Source: Octopus sinensis
Lineage: Eukaryota
Assembly: GCF_006345805.1 (NCBI RefSeq)
Contig: NC_043003.1
Span: forward strand, 25,544,001-25,608,000
DNA length: 64,000 nt
Reading direction: 5' to 3'
In this document: positions 23,577 to 35,582 of the stretch, piece by piece
Numbering within the stretch: the first letter of the stretch is position 1
How the letters are laid out: each line of letters starts with the position of its first letter
The notes under the pieces: model-generated
Seen by the model: only the letters and a program-made list of their open reading frames with translations
Database searches by the model: none
What the model was told of the DNA's origin: nothing
Program-made: the position numbers and the translations under genes

Positions 23577-23662
23577 ATTTTCGACATATGTTTCGAAGTC
23601 TGCAAAGTCCCTAATTCCGATTGAATAAGGAGTCCATTTTGCAGCTTTCTCTCCAGGAAAAT
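23577..23662 (-). ncRNA. Minimal type I hammerhead ribozyme motif (A6G variant) in a short non-coding element (about 23523-23930)
   Basis: ATTTTC-CTGGAGA-G[stem II]C-GAAA-C-ATAT-G-TC-GAAAAT: 6-bp stem I, long stem II (CTGCAAA/TTTGCAG), 2-bp stem III with palindromic loop, GTC cleavage triplet. Confidence 0.65.
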
Positions 23663-23932
23663 CCAGGAACTTAATTCTCCAAACAAAATGCACAACAAGC
23701 TTTTCGACAAATGCTCACGAGGAGCCCATGAAATTAATGATACAAACTGTCTATCTATATAGACATTATATTATGTTAACTTATTTATTTACTTACTAAA
23801 CTGATAATTACAATAATATACATACATATAACATATTATGCTTTACATATAAGATATAAAATATAGTAATATATAAGGATACCAGTAATTATTATAAAAT
23901 AACAAACATGAATATGTATATATATGTATATC

Positions 23933-24080
23933 AGAGCGATTGGCGTTAGGAAGGGCATCCAGCTGTAGAAACTCTGCCAGATCAGATTAGAGTCTGGTGC
24001 AGCCATCTGGTTCGCCAGACCTCAGTCAAATTGTCCAACCCATGCTAGCATGGAAAGTGGACATTAAACGGTGATGATGA
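23933..24080 (+). mobile_element. RTE 3' tail fragment in TA-rich microsatellite
   Basis: ttggcgttaggaagggcatccagctgtagaaac...CCATGCTAGCATGG...gatgatga. Confidence 0.85.
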
Positions 24081-24194
24081 TATACGCTTATATATATATA
24101 TATATATATATATAGATAAAACTTACTTGTATATGTATACATACTCACACAAACGCCCCCCCACCAACACACACATACATGAATGCATATTGCA

Positions 24195-24445
24195 ATATTA
24201 CATGCTGGTGCCATATAAAAAGCATCCATGCTGGTACCACATTAAAAGTGTCTATGCTGGTGCCACATACAAAATATCTGGTACAAAATATCTGTAAAGT
24301 GGTTGGTGCTATGAAGGGCATCCAGCCATAGCAACCATGTAGTAACAGACAACTGGAGCTGGTGCAGCCCTCTGGTTTGCCAGTTCCTGTAAAACCATCC
24401 AACCCTTACCTGCTCAGAAAATGTATGTTAAATGATGATGATGTT
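24195..24445 (+). mobile_element. Old RTE-tail element with 26-bp tandem units
   Basis: Three catgctggt(g/a)ccac/atataaaa units (24201-24278), then gaagggcatccagcc...(GAT)n. Confidence 0.65.
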
Positions 24446-24538
24446 ATATATATATATGTATATAAGGAAAATTATTTTAGCAGTTTCAACCTAGTCTTAT
24501 TTTCCTTATACTTTTCCACTCGTGTTACTTTTCAACCT

Positions 24539-24574
<36 letters not shown>

Positions 24575-25035
24575 GCGGTTTTTTTTCAATTGCATGAACT
24601 AAAAGTTGGATGGGGACAGGATACACTACTGGCATCAACTTGCTATATAATCAAGGAGTAATTTTACCTTGTCTTTATTCTTAGTGCAAGTTTTGAAGAG
24701 TGCAGTTTGATTTTAACAATTATTTTTTCAAAGCTATAATGGAAACGACAAAGGAGCATATTTTGCTTTATGAGTTCAACAAAGGCATTGACACAATGGA
24801 AAGAGCAAGGAATATCAATGCAGTATATGGGGATCAGACACTAAGTGTAAGTTAGTGTCGGCAGTGGTTCCAGAAATTCAGAGCCGGAAATTACAGCCTA
24901 GAAGATGAGCCTCATCCTGGAAGATCTGTAGAGCTTGACAAAAATGTCCAGCAAACCCTGGTGGAACAAAATCCCATCGTAACTATTGAAGAACTAGCAG
25001 AAAAGCCTGGATTTAGTCATTCAACCAGTCATTCA
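24575..25035 (+). mobile_element. Mariner transposon 5' remnant (transposase HTH region)
   Basis: ATG 24739: METTKEHILLYEFNKG...CRQWFQKFRAGNYSLEDEPHPGRSVELD...NPIVTIEELAEKPGFSHST, typical of a mariner/SETMAR N-terminus; contains a stop and is truncated. Confidence 0.85.
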
Positions 25036-25104
25036 AGAATGCAAAACATCCGGACAGCTAGGTGATACAAAAAGGGACAACAAAACATCCAGATAGACGC
25101 TACA

Positions 25105-25335
25105 AAGGCAAGCTGGCAGAAACGTTAGCACGTCAGGTGAAATGTTTAGCGGTATTTCATCTGCTGCTACGTTCTGAGTTCAAATTCCGCCAAGGTCGAC
25201 TTTGCTTTCATTTTTTCAGGGTCGATTAAGTAAGTACCATTTACGCACTGGGGTCAATATAATTGACTTAATCCATTTGTCTGTCCTTGTTTGTCCCCTC
25301 CGCGTGAAGCCCCTTGTAGGCAGTAAAGAAATAAG
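25105..25335 (+). mobile_element. SINE family C, tail type 1
   Basis: gcaagctggcagaaacgttagcacg head, ctgagttcaaattccgcc B-box-like, gtcgactttgc domain, ccccttgtaggcagtaaagaaata tail. Confidence 0.85.
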
Positions 25336-25414
25336 ATAGACAATACATAGAAAACAAAGACGGGTCATTCAAAGTTTTCTTTCCTTAGTTAAGCACCAGA
25401 TTATCCTCACAATT

Positions 25415-25473
<59 letters not shown>

Positions 25474-25559
25474 TCTTTGAATCTCACATTGAAGATGACA
25501 GTTTTTTGCTGAATAACCCACACAAATGATTTGCTTATAGTAATCAAATATACGTGCTG

Positions 25560-25750
25560 TACATTAACTCTCTCTCTCCATCAAACCAACATTGCCTGAA
25601 CAGGTGCACAGTCTATCACAGGTCAAGTGTCAAAGGTCAAAGTGATTACTGAAAAATGTGAAATGAAATGTTTTGCTCAAGAACACAACACACCACTCAG
25701 TCCAGAAATTGAAACTCATGATCATGAATACAACACTCTAACCACTATAT
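25560..25750 (-). mobile_element. SINE family D fragment
   Basis: Reverse complement tagtggttagagtgttg...gagtttcaatttc...gtgttcttgagcaaaacatttc matches the head at 15350-15450. Confidence 0.5.
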
Positions 25751-25757
25751 CATGTGC

Positions 25758-25790
<33 letters not shown>

Positions 25791-25794
<4 letters not shown>

Positions 25795-26222
25795 GCTGTG
25801 TGGTGAGAAGCTTCCTTCCCAACTACACAGCTGAGTTCAGTCCAAATGCGTGGAATCTTTGCAACGTGTCTCTATTATAGCCTTGTACTAATCAAACCCT
25901 TTGTGTGTGGATATGGGTGACGGAAACTGAAAGAAGCCTGTCATATATATACATATATATACTGCCAGATCAGATTGGAGCCTGGCACAGCCTCCTGGCT
26001 TCCCAGACCCTAGTCAAACCATCCAACCCATGCTAGCATGGAAAACGGATGTTAAACGATAATGATGATGATGTTATATATATATGTGTGGTGTGTGTGT
26101 GTATATGTATATATATATATATATATCATCATCATCATCGTTTAACGTCTGTTTTCCATGCTAGCATGGGTTGGACGGTTCGACCAGAGTCTGGAAGCCA
26201 GGAGGTTGCACCAGGCTCCATA

Positions 26223-26255
<33 letters not shown>

Positions 26256-26478
26256 GTGTGTGTGTGTTTGTGTCTGTGTTTGTTCCCCTAGCATTGCTTG
26301 ACAACCGATGCTGGTGTGTTTACGTCCCCGTAACTTAGCGGTTCGGCAAAAGAGACCGATAGAGTAAGTACTGGGCTTACAAAAGAATAAGTCCCGGGGT
26401 CGAGTTGCTCGATTAAAGGCGGTGCTCCAGCATGGCCGCAGTCAAATGACTGAAACAAGTAAAAGAGTAAAAGAGTAT
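25791..26478 (+). mobile_element. CORE-type SINE family A (composite) with two opposed RTE tails in its central microsatellite (25960-26072 +, 26125-26220 -)
   Basis: Decayed head and core 25791-25945; young 3' half 26255-26478; both RTE tails carry CCATGCTAGCATGG. Confidence 0.75.
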
Positions 26479-26829
26479 ATAACAGATAGACAAATAGTTA
26501 GTTAGATAGACAGATAGATAGATAGATATTCACACATATTGAGGCGAAGCATTGAAAAAAGTTTAACACTCCAGAAACCAAGTTTAGCAAAAGAGGTACT
26601 GCACTATCAGCAAGATGCTCTCAAAATGTGCACACGAGATAGACTGCCAGACAGTCAGACTGGCTGACAGACAGCAGCTACACACAGACAATCCAACAGC
26701 CAAGCAGCAGGCACACACAGGCAGACAGGCAGCAGACATCAGCCACAACTGCTTAGCACTTTGAATCTACCAGATCTCAGATGATGTCCATAATTAGAGC
26801 GGTTGGAACTTGTTTATTATAGTATATAG

Positions 26830-26865
26830 CCTCACTCTTTCTCTGTCTCTCTCTGTCTCTTTCTT

Positions 26866-26922
<57 letters not shown>
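26830..26922. repeat. (CT)n microsatellite
   Basis: Direct reading. Confidence 0.95.
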
Positions 26923-26923
<1 letters not shown>

Positions 26924-27036
26924 GGCTGACGTTGTTGTTACTGCCTCTGCTGCTACTGTTGTTGTTCTTATTGTCTCTGCTGTTACTGTATACAGTGTGT
27001 ATGTGTGTGTGAGTGTGTGTGTGTGTGTGGTATGTA

Positions 27037-27067
<31 letters not shown>

Positions 27068-27068
<1 letters not shown>

Positions 27069-27173
27069 GTGCAAGTTCTGCATACACTATATACTTCTAT
27101 AACAGTGTGTCTGTCTGTAAGAACTTATACACACGTGTGAGAGTGAGTGTGTGTGTGTGTGTATGTGTGTGTA

Positions 27174-27224
<51 letters not shown>

Positions 27225-27490
27225 CAAGTTCTGCATAGACTATATACTTCTATAACAGTGTGTCTGTCTGTAAGAACTTATACACACGTGTGAGAGTGAG
27301 TGTGTGTGTGTGTGTATGTGTGTGTATGCGTGTGTGTGTGTGTGTGTGCGTGTGTGAGGTGCAAGTTCTGCATACACTATATACTTCTATAACAGTGTGT
27401 CTGTCTGTAAAAACTTATACACACGTGAGTGTGTGTGTATGTATGTGTGTGTGTGTGTGTGTATGTGTGAGTGTGTGTGTGTTTGTGTGT
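27068..27490. repeat. Minisatellite: three ~140-150-bp units, each a unique ~60-bp core plus variable (TG)n
   Basis: ggtgcaagttctgcata(c/g)actatatacttctataacagtgtgtctgtctgtaa at 27068, 27220 and 27358. Confidence 0.9.
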
Positions 27491-27827
27491 GTGAACATTT
27501 ATGATTCTATAGTTTTTAAGTTTTAGAAAAAGTATAATTCTAAAAAGCTACACTTGCGTAAGTTCTTATACACAAGTGGATACGTATGCATAATAATGTT
27601 AAGTTTATAGATAATATACTTATACACGGATGTTTTTATATTTAACTATGTTGTATATTTCTATGTGTATGTGCTTCTATGAGTGTATAATGTTTTCTGA
27701 GTATATCTTTATAAGGTTCTGTTTATAATAGTTTATATACATATGTGTGTAGATGCGTATATAAATTTCAGAGAGTGTATTTCAATAAGAGTGTGCCAAG
27801 AAGAGTTTATATACAAATGTGTTCAAA

Positions 27828-27956
27828 CGTATGTATGTATGTATGTATGTATGTATGTATGTATGTATGTATGTATGTATGTATGTATGTATGTATGTAT
27901 GTATGTATGATGTATGTATGTATGTATGTATGTATGTATGTATGTATGTATGTATG
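27828..27956. repeat. (TATG)n microsatellite
   Basis: Direct reading. Confidence 0.95.
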
Positions 27957-28321
27957 TGAGGGTGTGTGTGTGTATATGTGTGTATGTATGTAAGTATGCA
28001 TGTATGTATGTGTGTGTAAACATGCATTAATTTTACAGAAAGTATTTTTATATATAAGGGTGTGTCTGTAAGACTATATATATATATCCATGAGTGTATA
28101 TGTATATGTGTGTGTGCCTATATGAGAGTAAGTTAAATGTGTATATTGAAGTAGACAGGCACACCTAGTGTATATACACGTTTACGTATATGTGTGTATG
28201 TATGTGCATGCATACATGTACATATATGTATGTATGTATGTATGTGTGAATTTAAATACACACACCCACACATGCGCGTGTGCGCACACACACCACACAC
28301 ACACACATCTTTTATAAATAC

Positions 28322-28541
28322 ATATCTTTTACTTTGTCCAGTCACTGGACTGTGGCTCTGCAGGGGCACTGCAATAAATGGTTTAATCAAATAAATTGAC
28401 TCCAGGATGTACATTTTTTTAAAGCCTAGTACTTATTCTACCAGCCTCTTTCGCTAAACAACTAAGTTACAAGGATGTAAACAAACCAACATTGGTTGTC
28501 CAGCCGGCAAATGTATACACAAATACTCTTACACACACACA

Positions 28542-28574
<33 letters not shown>

Positions 28575-29455
28575 CCATACATCCATCCATCCATCCATAC
28601 ATACATACATACATACACAACTAAGTTACAAGGATGTAAACAAACCAACGCTGGTTGTCCAGCCGGCAAATGTATACACAAATACTCTTACACACACACA
28701 TACATACATACATACATATATCCATACATCCATCCATCCATCCATACATACATACATACATACATACATACATACACAACTAAGTTACAAGGATGTAAAC
28801 AAACCAACATTGGTTGTCCAGCTGGCAAATGTATATACAAATACTTACACACACACACACATACATACATACATACATACATCCATACATACATACATAC
28901 ATACATACATACATACATACATACATACACAACAGGCTTTTTTCATTTTCTGTCTATCAAATCCACTCTCAATACTTTGGTCTGCCTAGAGCAGGGCTGG
29001 CCAGCCTGAGGCCCACGGACCACATGCTGCCTGCAGACTTTTATCTTGCATCCCGCTAACTTTTGTCTTGTGTCCCGCTGACTTTTGCCTTGTATCCCAC
29101 AGACTTTTATCTTGCAGCCCACTTGATACTTTCTTAAAATGGGTTTATTTAAACAAACATTTAAGAAATAATTTTATCAAAACTTAAAGATTGTAATGAA
29201 AAGTAAAAAAGAAAGATACTACTGTTTTTGCAACGATAATATTTCATGTTGATTCAACAATCATTCATTCATTATTGTAATAATAGCATGCAAAAGTAAA
29301 ATGCTTTCAATTCTGTCAGTATACAAGTGGCCCTTAAAAAACTTTCTGAGATTAAAGTGGCCTGCAATGTAATTTGAGTTGGTCAGGCTTAGCCTAGAGC
29401 TATAGTACAAGACACTTGCCCAAGGTGCCATGCAATGTGATTGAACCCAGTACTT
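28322..29455 (-). mobile_element. CORE-type SINE family A with internal triplication (28458-28930) and hAT insertion
   Basis: Tail at 28322-28460, three ~160-bp copies of caactaagttacaaggatgtaaacaaaccaac..., core and head on both sides of the MITE. Confidence 0.75.
28992..29391. mobile_element. hAT (Charlie-like) MITE, 400 bp
   Basis: Perfect 8-bp TSD GCCTAGAG (28984-28991 and 29392-29399, central TA); TIRs CAGGGCTGGCCAGC / GTTGGTCAGGCTTA; four ~21-bp internal repeats at 29035-29120. Confidence 0.85.
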
Positions 29456-29459
29456 GCAC

Positions 29460-29712
29460 TTTTAAGTTTGATACTTGAAGTTAGGATCACCAAGCATAGA
29501 TTGACATATTTTGGTCAAATTATGCAGAGAAAATCCCTGGAGAAGGACATCATGCTCGGAATGGTCAGTGGTAAGAGAGGAAGAAGCCGATCAAGAATCC
29601 GCTGGCTTGACACCATCAAGAGTGACACGGGAATAGACATAGCCAATCTGAAAGAAGCGACCCAGGATAGAACTGGCTGGAGGACACTGATCCATCGAGT
29701 AACCGAGAGTCG
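29460..29712 (+). mobile_element. RTE-BovB-like 3' ORF fragment
   Basis: RLTYFGQIMQRKSLEKDIMLGMVSGKRGRSRSRIRWLDTIKSDTG...QDRTGWRTLIHRVTESRL. Confidence 0.85.
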
Positions 29713-30171
29713 ACTATATCAGTTCCTTTTGTTGAACTGCTAGGTTACCAGCACATAAAGAAATCGATACCAATTGGTGGGAGGACAAACCAGAACACAA
29801 AGACATACATATGTAACATGCACGGACATAAATATACATTTATCATCATTGCCATCATTTAACATCCATCTTCCATGCTGGCATGGGTTGCACAGTTTAT
29901 ATATGTGTATATATTTCTACCTATAAACATATACACAGACACAGATACAGACACACACACACACACACAGAGTCAAATTGGATAAACGAACATTAAATAA
30001 AACAATAACAATCAACAGGGGGAGGTGCACATGGAATGCATTAGTTTGAAGCTCTGTAAAAAGAGAAAGCGTTTGACATTTCAAACGTTGCTTTATGTTG
30101 TGAAGGAAAACGGAAAAGTCTAAAAAAGGAAAAAAATCACCAACACAACAGCATATGTAGTTACATTACTG

Positions 30172-30220
<49 letters not shown>

Positions 30221-30523
30221 ATTTATATGTTTGTATGTATGCATATATGTATCTATCAATCAATATACATATATATAAATATATATTTATATGTATATAT
30301 ATGTATATGTGTGTATATGTGTATATATAAGATAAATAAATAAATAAATAAATAAATATATTATTCAAAGAAATTCCAACTCTGTTTTTATGTTTTATTT
30401 ATATTCTTTATAATATTAATGTAGAATATAGAATATATAGTATAAATAATATATATATATAGTAAAATGAAATGAAGTATTGATTGTATTATTGAATAGA
30501 TGGAATGTTGAATATAAAATATT

Positions 30524-30554
<31 letters not shown>

Positions 30555-30848
30555 CATCATCATCATCATCATCATCATCATCGTTTAACGTCCGTTCTCC
30601 GTCTAGCACAGGTTGGACGGTTCGACCGGGGTCTGGGAAGCCAGGGGCTGCACCAGGCTCCAGTCTGATCTGGCAGTGTTTCTACAGTTGGATGCCCTTC
30701 CTAACGCCAACCACTCCGCAAGTGTAGTGGGTGCTTTTTACGTGCCACCGGCACAGGTGCCAGGGGAGTCTGGCATCGGCCACGATCGGTTGGTGCTTTT
30801 AACGTGCCACCGGCACGGAAGCCAGCCAAGTCGGCACTGGCATCGGCC
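30555..30848 (-). mobile_element. RTE 3' UTR fragment embedded in (TA)n
   Basis: (CAT)n, tail and hairpin-array units; (TA)n on both sides. Confidence 0.85.
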
Positions 30849-30858
30849 AAATATATAT

Positions 30859-30954
<96 letters not shown>

Positions 30955-31614
30955 TATCTGATGGTATGGTAGGAATGTATATCTGACTGTGATGGTTAGA
31001 AGTTGAACTTGCTATGGAACTTCGATGATGGATGATGATGGGGTTAATGTAGTACTGTAATGTCTGTGGAAACTGCACCATGGTTTGGGTTCAATGCCAC
31101 TGCACTACATCTTGGGTAAATGTTTTCAAATATAGCCCAAGCTGACCAATGCCTTGCGAATGAATTTTGTAGATGAAAACTGTGTTGAAATCTATTTAAT
31201 GTGTGTGTATGTGCATCTTTGTATTAGTGTTTTTCCTGTCCCCATAACCTAATGGTTTGATAACATTAGAATAAGGACCAGACTTGAAAATAAGTGCTAG
31301 TGTGTATTTGTTCAACTAAAACTCATCAAGGCTGTACCCTAGCATGGTCACAGTTAAATGGATGAAACAAGTAAAAGGTAAAAGTTATACATATGTATAT
31401 ATATATAATAATAATTATATACATAATTATAACAAGGGAATAGTTATAATCCACTCCACATGCTAGAAATAGACGTCAAAAAATGCTAACACCACTTTGT
31501 TATAATTATGTATATAATTATTATAATATTTGTAAAATTCACCTATAAGGTTTTTATTTCTGCGCTGATCCCTTGGTAAAATCATTTAAGGTTTTTACCC
31601 ATTATCATATATAT

Positions 31615-31848
31615 AAGGGCAGCGAGCTGGCAGAATCATTACCATGCCTTGTGAAATGTTTAGCAGATCGCTGCTGTTACGTTCTGAGTTCAAATTCTGC
31701 CAAGGTCGACTTTGCCTTTCATCCTTTCGGGGTCAATTGAATAAGTACCGTTATGCATTGGAGTCGATGTAATCAACTTAATCCCTTTGTCTGTCCTTGT
31801 TTGTCCCCTCTATGTTTAGCCTTAGGCCCCTGTGGGCAATAAAAAATT
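31615..31848 (+). mobile_element. SINE family C, tail type 1
   Basis: gcagcgagctggcagaatc...gtcgactttgcctttcatcctttcggggtc...cccctgtgggcaataaaaaa. Confidence 0.85.
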
Positions 31849-31862
31849 AATATATATATATA

Positions 31863-32407
31863 CGAGGATGTGTCAAAAAGTAATGCCATTTTAAATTGGA
31901 CAGGTATAATTACCAACACAGGAACATGTATCATGTATCAAAATGAAGCTGGTCCTCTGTGGATCACATCCCTACTTCTCAACATAGTCACTGTTACTCT
32001 CAATAGCAATGTTCCACCTTTGAATGAGAGCATGTATCCCTGTCCCGTAAAATTCTGTTGACTGTTCTTTGAGCCACTTCTTCACTACAGTTTTCACTTC
32101 CTCGTCAGACTATCATCTCTTTGGCTCCATGAAAGAGGGTTTGAGAGGAAAACATTATTCCAGTGATGAGGAAGTGAAAACTGCAGTAAAGACTTGGCTC
32201 AAAGAACAGTCAACAGAATTTTACGGGGCAGGGATACATGCTCTCATTCAAAGGTGGAACATTGCTATTGAGAGAAACAGTGACTATGTTGAGAAGTAGG
32301 GATGTGATCCACAGAGGACCAGCTTCATTTGATGTATGATACATATTCCTGTGTTGGTAATTATATCTGTCCTATTGAAAATGGCATTACTTTTTGACTC
32401 ACCCTCG
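31863..32407. mobile_element. Mariner-derived fold-back element (two inverted 3' ends)
   Basis: TA|CGAGG...CCTCG|TA; arms 31863-32107 and 32164-32407, about 93-94% identical by eye; spacer plus right arm encode DYHLFGSMKEGLRGKHYSSDEEVKTAVKTWL...QRWNIAIERNSDYVEK*, a mariner C-terminus. Confidence 0.9.
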
Positions 32408-32566
32408 TATATATACGTTCATTGATTCTTAGCATATATATACGATCATCATTACCTAGCGTATAATACTAATTGTTCACGTCATAACTATATATATATC
32501 ATAATATATATATACACACACATGTACATACATATATATATATATATATATACACGTACATACACA

Positions 32567-32812
32567 CATACACACATATATCTACGTCATCATCACCAAT
32601 CATCACCGACATTTAAAGTCCATTTTCCATGCTGGCATGGGTTGGATAGGTTGACAGGGACAAGCAAGGCCAGGTGTTGCACCAGGTTACTTAGTCTGTT
32701 TTGGTTTGGCTTCTCTAACTGTTTACCCTTCTTAATGCTAACCACTTTACAGAGTGCACTGGGTTCTTTTTATGTGGTACCAACACCAGTGCTTTTTACG
32801 TGGCACATACGT
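32567..32812 (-). mobile_element. Old RTE-tail element
   Basis: catttaaagtccattttccatgctggcatgggttgg...gctttttacgtggcac. Confidence 0.65.
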
Positions 32813-32914
32813 ATATATACATACATTCATATACACACACAGAGTGAGAGAGTAAGATAGAAAGATAAACAGATAGATTGGTAAATGGATAGATTTACAT
32901 TTGTATGTATATTG

Positions 32915-33290
32915 TTGTTATCATCATTGACATAACCATCATCATTACCATCATAATTTTTATGCCTACTTTCCATTCTTTCATGGAATGGATAGATTTT
33001 CTTCACTACATCTCTCCAACTGTTGCAGCCATTCATCATCTCATTTGTGAGGCATGGCATCTTTTGATCAGCTTTCACCATTTCTGCTTATGCCTTCTTT
33101 GGTCTTTTGCTTCCACAAATTCCTTCCCCTTGGATAGCTTGGTATTTCTTTACTCAAATGTCATCCACCTCATATATCACATGTCTTCTCTATTACATGC
33201 TACATCTGATTCTTCTTATCCAGTTCCTCTTATAACTCATTTGTTTCTCGTCCATGCACTTACTCACTTGCTCAGGTTTTTTGGGCCTTC
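32915..33290 (-). mobile_element. Decayed RTE 3' ORF remnant
   Basis: Reverse complement resembles the RTE C-terminus (VKKYQAIQGEGICGSKRPKK...EMVKAD) with a (GAT)n-like tail. Confidence 0.5.
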
Positions 33291-33519
33291 TTGAAACATA
33301 GACCATCAAAGATCTCCCTCTCCTCCATGTCCTGGCCTTTTCTTCCCCAATTGACCCCAGTCCATTTCAGTTTTTTCACTTCATTCTCCAGGTGACATCA
33401 CTAGTGTTTTCTGATCCTTTGACCATAATGTTCCACTTCAGAGACTGCCAAGTTATGTTGTGTAGGGGCATCTGTTTCTGTATTATTCTTTCATCTTTTG
33501 ACAAAAGTCAGAAATTTTT

Positions 33520-33680
33520 AGGGAAGAGAGAGGTCAATTACATAGGCTTCAGTACTCAACTGGTATTTATTATTATTAACTCCAAAAACTATGAAAGGCA
33601 AGATGACCCTAAAAGCATTTGAACTCAGAACATAAAGAGCTAGAAGAAATGCTGCTAAGCATTTTAACAGTTCTGCCACC
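33520..33680 (-). mobile_element. Decayed SINE family C, tail type 2
   Basis: atgaaaggcaagatgacc...tttgaactcagaac...gttctgccacc. Confidence 0.55.
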
Positions 33681-34323
33681 TTGTCACCTTCTGTCTTTGA
33701 ATTATATATCCATTGTGATATTGGAGCCATTTTTAATTACCATCATGCCAAGAAATGGTAATTCTGTAGTCCTCAACCTCTCTGTAAATTTCAGAATTTG
33801 CTGTAAATTATTCAGAAAAATACAAAATTCTTAAGGTCTACAGATTTTATGTTATCAAACAGTCATCCAAAAAAAGAATCCCATTATTGAATTTACATAC
33901 ATTGGGGTGAACTTTGTTCCCATGGCTCGATCTCTAATTTGTGGATACTTTTCTCTATTGAAAAAGAATGTGTTATTCTTAAGGATACGACAAACAGAAT
34001 CTAATATAAAGTCCATAGCAAATCCACAGGGAATCTCTTCCTACATTTTTCTTCGAAATATTTGATTACCATTATTCCTAAATCATGTAGAATATTTGTG
34101 TGGAAGCTTACTACGTCAAAATTAATGAATTTTCTGTTACTTAGTTTTGATGTAGTAAAGTAATGATCATGATTACAGAGGTGGTAAAGACACAGGAGCT
34201 GTGAGTAGAGGATGGAAGATTTGGAATGATTGTAGTAGGAAGAAATGAAATTGAAACAAGAGAGGGAGTTGGCTGGTTTATAGAAAATTGATGTAGACAG
34301 ATAGAGGCAGTTAGAAGATCAAC

Positions 34324-34368
<45 letters not shown>

Positions 34369-34645
34369 TGTGTGTGTGTGTGTGTGGTGTGTATATATAT
34401 GTGTGTGTGTAATATATGTGTGTGTATATATATGTGTGTGTATATATATATATATATATACACACATACATGTATGCCCAAGGTTAACATAGGTAATTAT
34501 ACTATTTTTATCCCTTAGACAGTTATTCCAACCTCTAACTCTACTAACCTTGTGTAACCCTTCTGTCTGGCAGTTGCCATGATAGATTGGTAGCCACTAC
34601 ACACATTTCTTTTCTCTCCTTGTTTCTCTCCTTGTTTCTGTGTTC

Positions 34646-34681
34646 CTTTCTGTGGAAGAGCGTAGGCTTGAAACGTAAAAG
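34646..34681 (+). ncRNA. Degenerate minimal hammerhead-like motif in a short element (about 34500-34772)
   Basis: CTTT-CTGTGGA-A-GAGC(GTAG)GCTT-GAAA-CG-TA-AAAG: stems I and II pair, ACGT palindromic stem III, A6 replaced by T, one extra A. Confidence 0.4.
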
Positions 34682-34889
34682 ACTTTTTCAATTCCCGAGC
34701 GTTATACTAATACATTTGTTTGTTGTCTACACCACCTGTCTTCGTCTCTTGCTTTTTTCGTGAATTCTCCCTATATATATATATCTGTGTGTATGTATGT
34801 ATGTATGTATATACGTACATATGTATATATGTGTATGTATTTGTATGTATGTATATACTCACATACAGACACACACTCATACACACTCA

Positions 34890-34951
34890 CATACATACAT
34901 ACATACATACATACATACATACATACATACATACATACATACATACATACA

Positions 34952-34982
<31 letters not shown>
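34890..34982. repeat. (CATA)n microsatellite
   Basis: Direct reading. Confidence 0.95.
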
Positions 34983-34983
<1 letters not shown>

Positions 34984-35319
34984 AATAGATACACTGGAGT
35001 TGTGTGTTTCAGTAAAAGGTAGAAATCATTATTCAGATCATAATTTAGATAAATGACAGGGGAGACAGCAAAATGTTTAGATTTTAGGATCAAAATAAAT
35101 TTTAGCATCAAAATACATGTGGAGAGAATATTGATTAAACATCAGATTTTTGAATGGAAGTTATACCAAAATTCATCTTAACAGCAGATTTAGTCTGAAA
35201 GAAAAGTTGCATAGAAATATGTGTTCCTTGTAATTAGTGAGACCAATACAGGCATTAAATCAACTAGAGGTGCTCATAGCATCACTGTTTAGCTTCAAGT
35301 TAGCCTTTATCAAGTAGAC

Positions 35320-35545
35320 CGGGCATGGGCAACCTTGTCCGAGAAGCAAGCTGTATGAGACATGGCTCATCATCAAGTGGGCCACAGATGCTAATTTATA
35401 TTCGATCCCACATTTAAAAGAAAAAGAAGGGAAGTGCCCACAATGCAACAGGCATTAATTAGGGAAGTTAGTCAAGCATGACTAACTTAATTATTCTTCT
35501 TTGACACCAGCTTCTCGCCAACCTTTTTGAGAGATAGATAGATAT

Positions 35546-35582
<37 letters not shown>

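Noticed and set aside
30065-30115. Minus-strand AAGC-AAC-GTTT-GAAAT-GTC-AAAC, echoing the 34646 hammerhead layout
   Set aside because: No recognisable CTGANGA core remains; too degenerate to support without a family consensus.
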